Shown here one piece after another: positions 59,293 through 64,000 of a stretch of 64,000 bases of DNA (position 1 is its first letter; the number at the start of each line of letters is the position of its first letter). The translations under genes were made by a program, and so were the position numbers. This stretch comes from an uncultured Gemmatimonadales bacterium (lineage in GTDB: Bacteria; Gemmatimonadota; Gemmatimonadetes; Longimicrobiales; Longimicrobiaceae). Location of the stretch: NCBI GenBank assembly GCA_963716255.1, contig OY970303.1, forward strand, positions 1,568,001 to 1,632,000, given 5' to 3'. The notes below the pieces were generated by a model. The model had not been told where the DNA came from, did not search any database, and saw only the letters and a program-made list of their open reading frames with translations.

Positions 59293-59966
59293 TGAGCGAC
59301 CTCATCGGCACCCTGCGCGCCATCGTCCGCGACGAGCTGGCCCGCGTGCGCGCCCCCGAGCTGGCCGTGGTCACCCAGGCCTTCCCGCGCGACGGCGACG
59401 GGAGCAAGTCCAACCACCAGGTCAACCTCAAGCTGCGCGAAAGCGGGGTGGAGCTGCAGCGGGTCCCGGTGGCCGTGTCCCGGCTGGGGATCTCCGCGCT
59501 CCCCAACGAGGGCGACCTGGTGCTGGTGAGCTTCGTGGGCGGCGACCTCAACGCCCCCGTGGCCGTGGGGTGCCTGTACGACGACGAGGCCCATCCCCCC
59601 GTCGCCCAGCCGCACGAGGTGGTCTACCAGCCGCCCGACGACGAGGAGTCCGGGACGCGCCGCTTCCACCTGGAGCTCAAGAACGGCAGCACGATCACCG
59701 TGGACGACGAATCGCTCAAGATCACGCTGGGCGACACCGCCATCGAGGTGACCAAGGACGGCGACGTCATCATCAAGGCGAAGGGCAAGATCCGCCTGGA
59801 GTCGCAGGCCGACATCGAGATGGAAGCGCAGGGCGCCATCAAGCTGACCGCCACCGGCGACCTGACCGCGAAGGGGATGTCCGCCACCGTCGAGGGGCAG
59901 AGCGCCGCCAAGCTCAAGGGCGCCCAGGTGTCGCTCGCCGGAATGACCAGCTTCGCCGCCTCCTGA
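59292..59966 (+). CDS. Spike protein (gpV/gp5 OB-fold plus beta-helix)
   Basis: LPNEGDLVLVSFVGGDLNAPVAVGCLY followed by beta-strand repeats; TGATG coupling. Confidence 0.88.
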   Translation: MSDLIGTLRAIVRDELARVRAPELAVVTQAFPRDGDGSKSNHQVNLKLRESGVELQRVPVAVSRLGISALPNEGDLVLVSFVGGDLNAPVAVGCLYDDEAHPPVAQPHEVVYQPPDDEESGTRRFHLELKNGSTITVDDESLKITLGDTAIEVTKDGDVIIKAKGKIRLESQADIEMEAQGAIKLTATGDLTAKGMSATVEGQSAAKLKGAQVSLAGMTSFAAS

Positions 59967-59979
59967 AAGGACGACCGCC

Positions 59980-60312
59980 ATGCCCGGACCGCCCGTCTCC
60001 ATCGGCTGCGCCGTCGTCCTCACCCCCGGCATGGCCGGCCCGCCGGACTCCGGGGTGATCTCCGTGGTCACGCAGGCCATCGCCACCGCCGGGGGGATGC
60101 CGCTGGCCACCACGGGGAGCCTCTGCCAGATGGTGAACTCCGTTTCCGGGGCCCCGTACGTCCTCCCCATCGGGCAGGGCGGCTCCGGCGGGGTGAAGGT
60201 GAGCGGGCAGGCCCTGGTGCGCCTGGGGGACCAGATCCCCTCCGGCCCCGGCATGCTGATGATCCTGGGGCCTCCCGCCGCACCGTTCGTGAGCGACACG
60301 GGGGCTCCGTGA
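59980..60312 (+). CDS. PAAR-like spike tip protein
   Basis: 110 aa after the spike; AGGMPLA, VKVSGQALVRLGD. Confidence 0.65.
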   Translation: MPGPPVSIGCAVVLTPGMAGPPDSGVISVVTQAIATAGGMPLATTGSLCQMVNSVSGAPYVLPIGQGGSGGVKVSGQALVRLGDQIPSGPGMLMILGPPAAPFVSDTGAP

Positions 60313-60341
60313 ACGGCTTTTTGAACGGATACGGCTGGATT

Positions 60342-60476
60342 CGGGCGTGCCCCCCGCGGGTCGCGGGGGTCGGGCTTCGGCTCCGTAACGCACGAAACAA
60401 CCGTGCGTAACGGAGTCGAGCCCCGGCGGAAACAGCCCCGCCGGGTCTCGCCCCTTCGGGCCGCAATCCCTCACGC
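60342..60476 (-). repeat. Structured ~135-nt dispersed repeat, copy D
   Basis: Reverse-complement match to copy A; lies inside the CIS operon. Confidence 0.85.
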
Positions 60477-60534
60477 GGGGATCGCGCTGGCGTCCGCGGG
60501 GAGCACGACACGGGGGCGTCCGGGAGTCAGGAAG

Positions 60535-60558
60535 CCCTCCCCCAGAATTGGGGGAGGG
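60535..60558. repeat. REP-like hairpin
   Basis: ccctccccca-gaat-tgggggaggg; a related G-run motif occurs near 26502-26535. Confidence 0.4.
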
Positions 60559-60648
60559 TGGCGGCTCTGAGGCCGCCGGGTGGGGGCCCGCCGGGTGGGG
60601 GCCGCCGTTTCGCGCTAACGCACTTTCGCACTCACGCACTTCGTCCTC

Positions 60649-61134
60649 ATGCCCAAGCAATCCCGCGAGGAAATCGTCCGCCCCTTCCTGGGGACCGACC
60701 TGGCGCTGGAGTACGCCCTCCAGGGCGGCTTCTTCGAGGACGCCGACCTGGCCGAGGCGCGCGGCCCCGGCCGCCGGCGGCCCGGACGCGACCTGGGCGT
60801 CGCGGCGGGGGTGGACAACCTGACGCAGGCCGTCGCCAACCGCCTCAAGACCCGCCGCGGGGAGCTGGCCCCGCTGGGGCACCCCGACTACGGGTCGCGG
60901 CACCACGAGCTGGTGGGCGAGCCCAACGTGGAGCGTACCCGCAACCTGGTGAAGCTGTACGTCCTGCAGGCGCTCCGCGACGAGCCGCGCATCGAAAAGG
61001 TGCTGCGCGCCGACGTCCGCGCCGAGCACGACCCGCCGCGCGAGAGCGTCCGCATCGAGCTGGACGTGCGCGTGCTCGGCGAGCCCCACCCCCTGAACCT
61101 GGTCGTCCCCTTCTCGCTGGAGGTGGCCCGTTGA
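60649..61134 (+). CDS. GPW/gp25-family baseplate protein
   Basis: NLTQAVANRLKTRRGEL...HPDYGSR...ALRDEPRI. Confidence 0.88.
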   Translation: MPKQSREEIVRPFLGTDLALEYALQGGFFEDADLAEARGPGRRRPGRDLGVAAGVDNLTQAVANRLKTRRGELAPLGHPDYGSRHHELVGEPNVERTRNLVKLYVLQALRDEPRIEKVLRADVRAEHDPPRESVRIELDVRVLGEPHPLNLVVPFSLEVAR

Positions 61135-62945
61135 GCTACGCGGCCGAGCCCTATGCGCAGTTCGTCGACGACCTGCTGCGCTCGCTCACCGGGGGCGTAT
61201 CGCGCGAGCGGTTCACCTTCCTCCCCGAGGAAGAGCCGTTCCGCCTGGCCCCGCCGGGGCCCGTGCTCCCCGGGAGCATCTCCGTCTTCGGGCAGGCGGC
61301 GGGGACCTTCGCCGTCTTCCGCCGCGACCGCGACTGGTCGCTCGCGACCGACGGCTCCATCGTCTGGCGGGCCCGCGCCGACGGCACCCCCGCGCCCGAC
61401 GCCGTCTGGCCCGACGAGGGGACCCCCTTCTACGTCAACTACGACCACGCCGGGCAGGTCGCCAACCCGCCGCCGCTCACCGACCGCAACCCGGGGAGCG
61501 TCACCCGCGTGCTCGCCGAGAGCATGGCCCGCGAGTACGCCGTGCTTTCCCGGCAGATGGAAGCCGTGTACCGCGCCGGCTTCCTGGACACCGCCTCCGG
61601 GCGCGACCTGGACGCGCTGGTGGCTCTGGTGGGGGTGGAGCGGCGGGGGCGCACCCACGCCGTGGGAACGGCCGTCTTCGCCCGCTCCACCCCGTCGCCC
61701 GCAGACGTGTTCGTGCCGCAGGGGACCCGGCTCTCCACCGCCGAGCCCCCGGCCGTGGTCTTCGAGACCACGGAGGACCGCACGCTCCACCGCGGCGAGC
61801 TGTCGGTGGAGGTGCCGGTGCAGGCCACCGCCACGGGCGGGACCGGGGTGGTGCCGGCGCGCACGCTCACGGTCATCCACCGCCCCATCCTGGGGATCGA
61901 GACGGTCGCCAACCCGCAGGCCACCGCCCTCGCCGGCGCCGAGGAAAGCGACGAGTCGCTGCGCGAGCGCGCCCGCCGCGCCCTGGAGGGGTACGGGCGC
62001 GCCACCCGCGGGGCGATGCTCGCCGCGCTCACCACGCTGCCGGGGCTGCGCGAAAAGGACATCCGCATCCACGAGGACCCGCTGGCCCGCCCCGGCGTCA
62101 TCACCGTGAGCGTGGCCGCGGAGCTGGACGCCGACGACGCCGAGCGCGCCGTGGCGCTCATCGAGGCGTCGCGGCCCGTGGGGGTGCGGGTGCTCCACAA
62201 CCTGGACGCCCCGCACGCCGTGCTCGCCGCGTCGCTCCCGCCCAACGTGGTGGACGACGCCAGCGAGCCCGAGGCCGGCGAGATGGAGCCCGAGGGGCTG
62301 TACCTGCCGGTGGCGGTGCGCGCCCTCCTCCTCCCCGCGTCGTCCACCCTCACCCCCGCCGAGCGTGCCGCGCTCCGCAACCAGGGGCGCGAAGTCGTGC
62401 GGGCCTTCGTGGCGGAGGCGGGGATCGGGGAAACGCTGGTCTACAACCGGCTGGTGTCCGCCCTGATGCGGCTGGACGTGGTGGACGTGGCGGTGGAATT
62501 GTACCCCCGCACCACCGGCGCCCCCGGCGCCCGCCGCAAGAACCTGTTCCCCGGCGAGGCGCTGCGCCCGCGGCTGGACGACGCCGACCTGGACGTGGAC
62601 GTGGCCGGCGAGATCGTGGCCTTCGACGTCACCGTGGGCGTGGAGCTCACCGACGTGGGCAGGCTGGGCGACATCACCGCCACGCGCGAGGCGGCCCGGC
62701 TGGAGGTGTCGGCGCGGCTGCAGGACCGCATCGGCGCGCTGTCCCCGCCCGTCACCCCCGCCGCCCTGCTGGGGCTGGCCGAGCCCACCGAATCGTACAC
62801 GGTGAGGTCGCTCAGCTACCGGGTGGAGTACCTGGAGTCCGGCGTGCGCATCAACACCGCCGACCCCTCCATCCCGCTCAGCGAGCTGGAGCGCCCCTGG
62901 ATCCGCACCGTCAGGCTCCTCCCCGAGCCCCCCGCCGCGTCATGA
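61131..62945 (+). CDS. Baseplate J/gp47-family wedge protein
   Basis: FLDTASGRDLD, GAEESDESLRERA, RPVGV; TTG start overlaps the gp25 stop. Confidence 0.88.
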   Translation: MSYAAEPYAQFVDDLLRSLTGGVSRERFTFLPEEEPFRLAPPGPVLPGSISVFGQAAGTFAVFRRDRDWSLATDGSIVWRARADGTPAPDAVWPDEGTPFYVNYDHAGQVANPPPLTDRNPGSVTRVLAESMAREYAVLSRQMEAVYRAGFLDTASGRDLDALVALVGVERRGRTHAVGTAVFARSTPSPADVFVPQGTRLSTAEPPAVVFETTEDRTLHRGELSVEVPVQATATGGTGVVPARTLTVIHRPILGIETVANPQATALAGAEESDESLRERARRALEGYGRATRGAMLAALTTLPGLREKDIRIHEDPLARPGVITVSVAAELDADDAERAVALIEASRPVGVRVLHNLDAPHAVLAASLPPNVVDDASEPEAGEMEPEGLYLPVAVRALLLPASSTLTPAERAALRNQGREVVRAFVAEAGIGETLVYNRLVSALMRLDVVDVAVELYPRTTGAPGARRKNLFPGEALRPRLDDADLDVDVAGEIVAFDVTVGVELTDVGRLGDITATREAARLEVSARLQDRIGALSPPVTPAALLGLAEPTESYTVRSLSYRVEYLESGVRINTADPSIPLSELERPWIRTVRLLPEPPAAS

Positions 62946-64000
62946 GCCCGGTGAGCGGACGCGCGCGGAGCGTGCTGGGGCGCTTTCCCGCCCACATGGA
63001 GGCCGGGCGCGGCGGAAAGCGCCTGGGCGAGGTGGTGGACTCGCTGGCCGCGGGGCTGGACCTGCTCTCTGCCGACCTGGCCGCGGTGCGCCGCGCCCAC
63101 CGCCTCCCGCACGCGGACACCCTCCGCGACGTGATGCTGCTGGGCGGGCTGCACGGGATGGGGGCCGGCGACCTGGAGCTGCTCTTCGCCCGCGGCGAGC
63201 GCACCCGCGCGCTCGCCGCCGCCCTGGAGTCCGCGGCGGACGGGGGCGACGCCGCCGCGCGCGACGCCGCCGCGGAAGCGCTCTTCGAGCTGTGGGGCGT
63301 GACCGGCGACGCCCCCCGGCTGGCGCTCTTCGCCCCCTGGGGCGGCGCGCCCGACCTGGACGAGGCCGCCCGCCGCGCCGCCCGCGCCTTCCGCGAGGCC
63401 GCCGGGGTGGACGCCGCCGCCGAGGGCGCCCGCGCCCGCGTCGCCCGCACGGCGGCGCTGCACGCCGCGGGTAACGGCACCGTGCGCGCCGTGCTGGAGG
63501 CCGCCGCCAGCGCGCTGGACCTGGAGCCGGACCTGGAGACCAACCGCGCGGAAAAGGACGAAGCGCGCCCCGCCCCCACCGTCGCCCCGCGGGGAACGCC
63601 GGGGCGCACCACCTGGGGGTACGTGGTGGTCGCCCGCTCGCTGACCCGCAGCGACCCCGCGTTCAGCGCCCCCGCCTTCACCGCGCGCGGCCCCGCCGTC
63701 CTGTCGGCGGCGGACGCGGTCCTGGTGGAGTGGGAGCCCGTCCCCGGCGCCATGGACTACCTGGTGCTGAGGACGGTCGCCGGGGGGACGCCGGGAGAGG
63801 TGGGGGTGGTGACCGCCGAGCCGCTGCCGCCCGAAACGACCCGCTTCCTCGACACCGGCGCCCCCGCGACCGCGCCGCTCCCCCCACCCCAGGAGGACGA
63901 CGGCTTCTTCCACAGCCGCGACCTGTACTGGCACTCCACCTTCGTGCGCGACCGCGTGCGGCTGGTGCGCCGGGTGGACCCGGAGCCGCCGCCGCGCGCC
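62942..64000 (+). CDS. Baseplate wedge/tail protein (gp7/P2-I-like N-terminus), partial
   Basis: ATGA overlap; open to the window end; RARV...GNGTVRAV motif; follows the J gene. Confidence 0.55.
   Translation, partial: MSPVSGRARSVLGRFPAHMEAGRGGKRLGEVVDSLAAGLDLLSADLAAVRRAHRLPHADTLRDVMLLGGLHGMGAGDLELLFARGERTRALAAALESAADGGDAAARDAAAEALFELWGVTGDAPRLALFAPWGGAPDLDEAARRAARAFREAAGVDAAAEGARARVARTAALHAAGNGTVRAVLEAAASALDLEPDLETNRAEKDEARPAPTVAPRGTPGRTTWGYVVVARSLTRSDPAFSAPAFTARGPAVLSAADAVLVEWEPVPGAMDYLVLRTVAGGTPGEVGVVTAEPLPPETTRFLDTGAPATAPLPPPQEDDGFFHSRDLYWHSTFVRDRVRLVRRVDPEPPPRA

Noticed and set aside
53150..64000. Intact prophage or canonical T6SS
   Set aside because: No head, terminase, integrase, TssJLM or ClpV genes, and the sheath is a single phage-type gene. 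Downstream sequence was not seen.

Overview
High-GC bacterial DNA. The ADOP permease/PadR pair and a KLxL..LxVES-leader peptide suggest Gemmatimonadota (Longimicrobium-like); this is an inference. The left half (1-30 kb) is mixed accessory DNA: a partial P450, FkbM and Wzm genes, a lower-GC islet (EVE-nuclease plus a HEPN-like protein), an orphan RiPP-like peptide, an IS5 remnant, a TIR-NB-ARC-WD40 NLR-like gene, an AraC-VOC-UvrA2 operon, a patatin-subtilase-MBL operon, a GH3 gene, and a truncated DUF1016 gene inside a direct duplication. Four copies of a ~135-nt repeat show covarying stems. The right half (30-64 kb) is one + strand locus: two tandem paralogous three-gene modules followed by a headless contractile-tail (eCIS/CIS-like) cluster that runs off the window. 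Each module encodes a ~1115-aa helical protein, a Zn-PLC-like/6-TM/phage-repeat protein and a signal-peptide-less beta-propeller/Ig protein, and each has its own conserved sigma54 promoter and enhancer. This CIS with duplicated modules is the best candidate for an undescribed system. All product calls come from motif recognition by eye; no searches were run.
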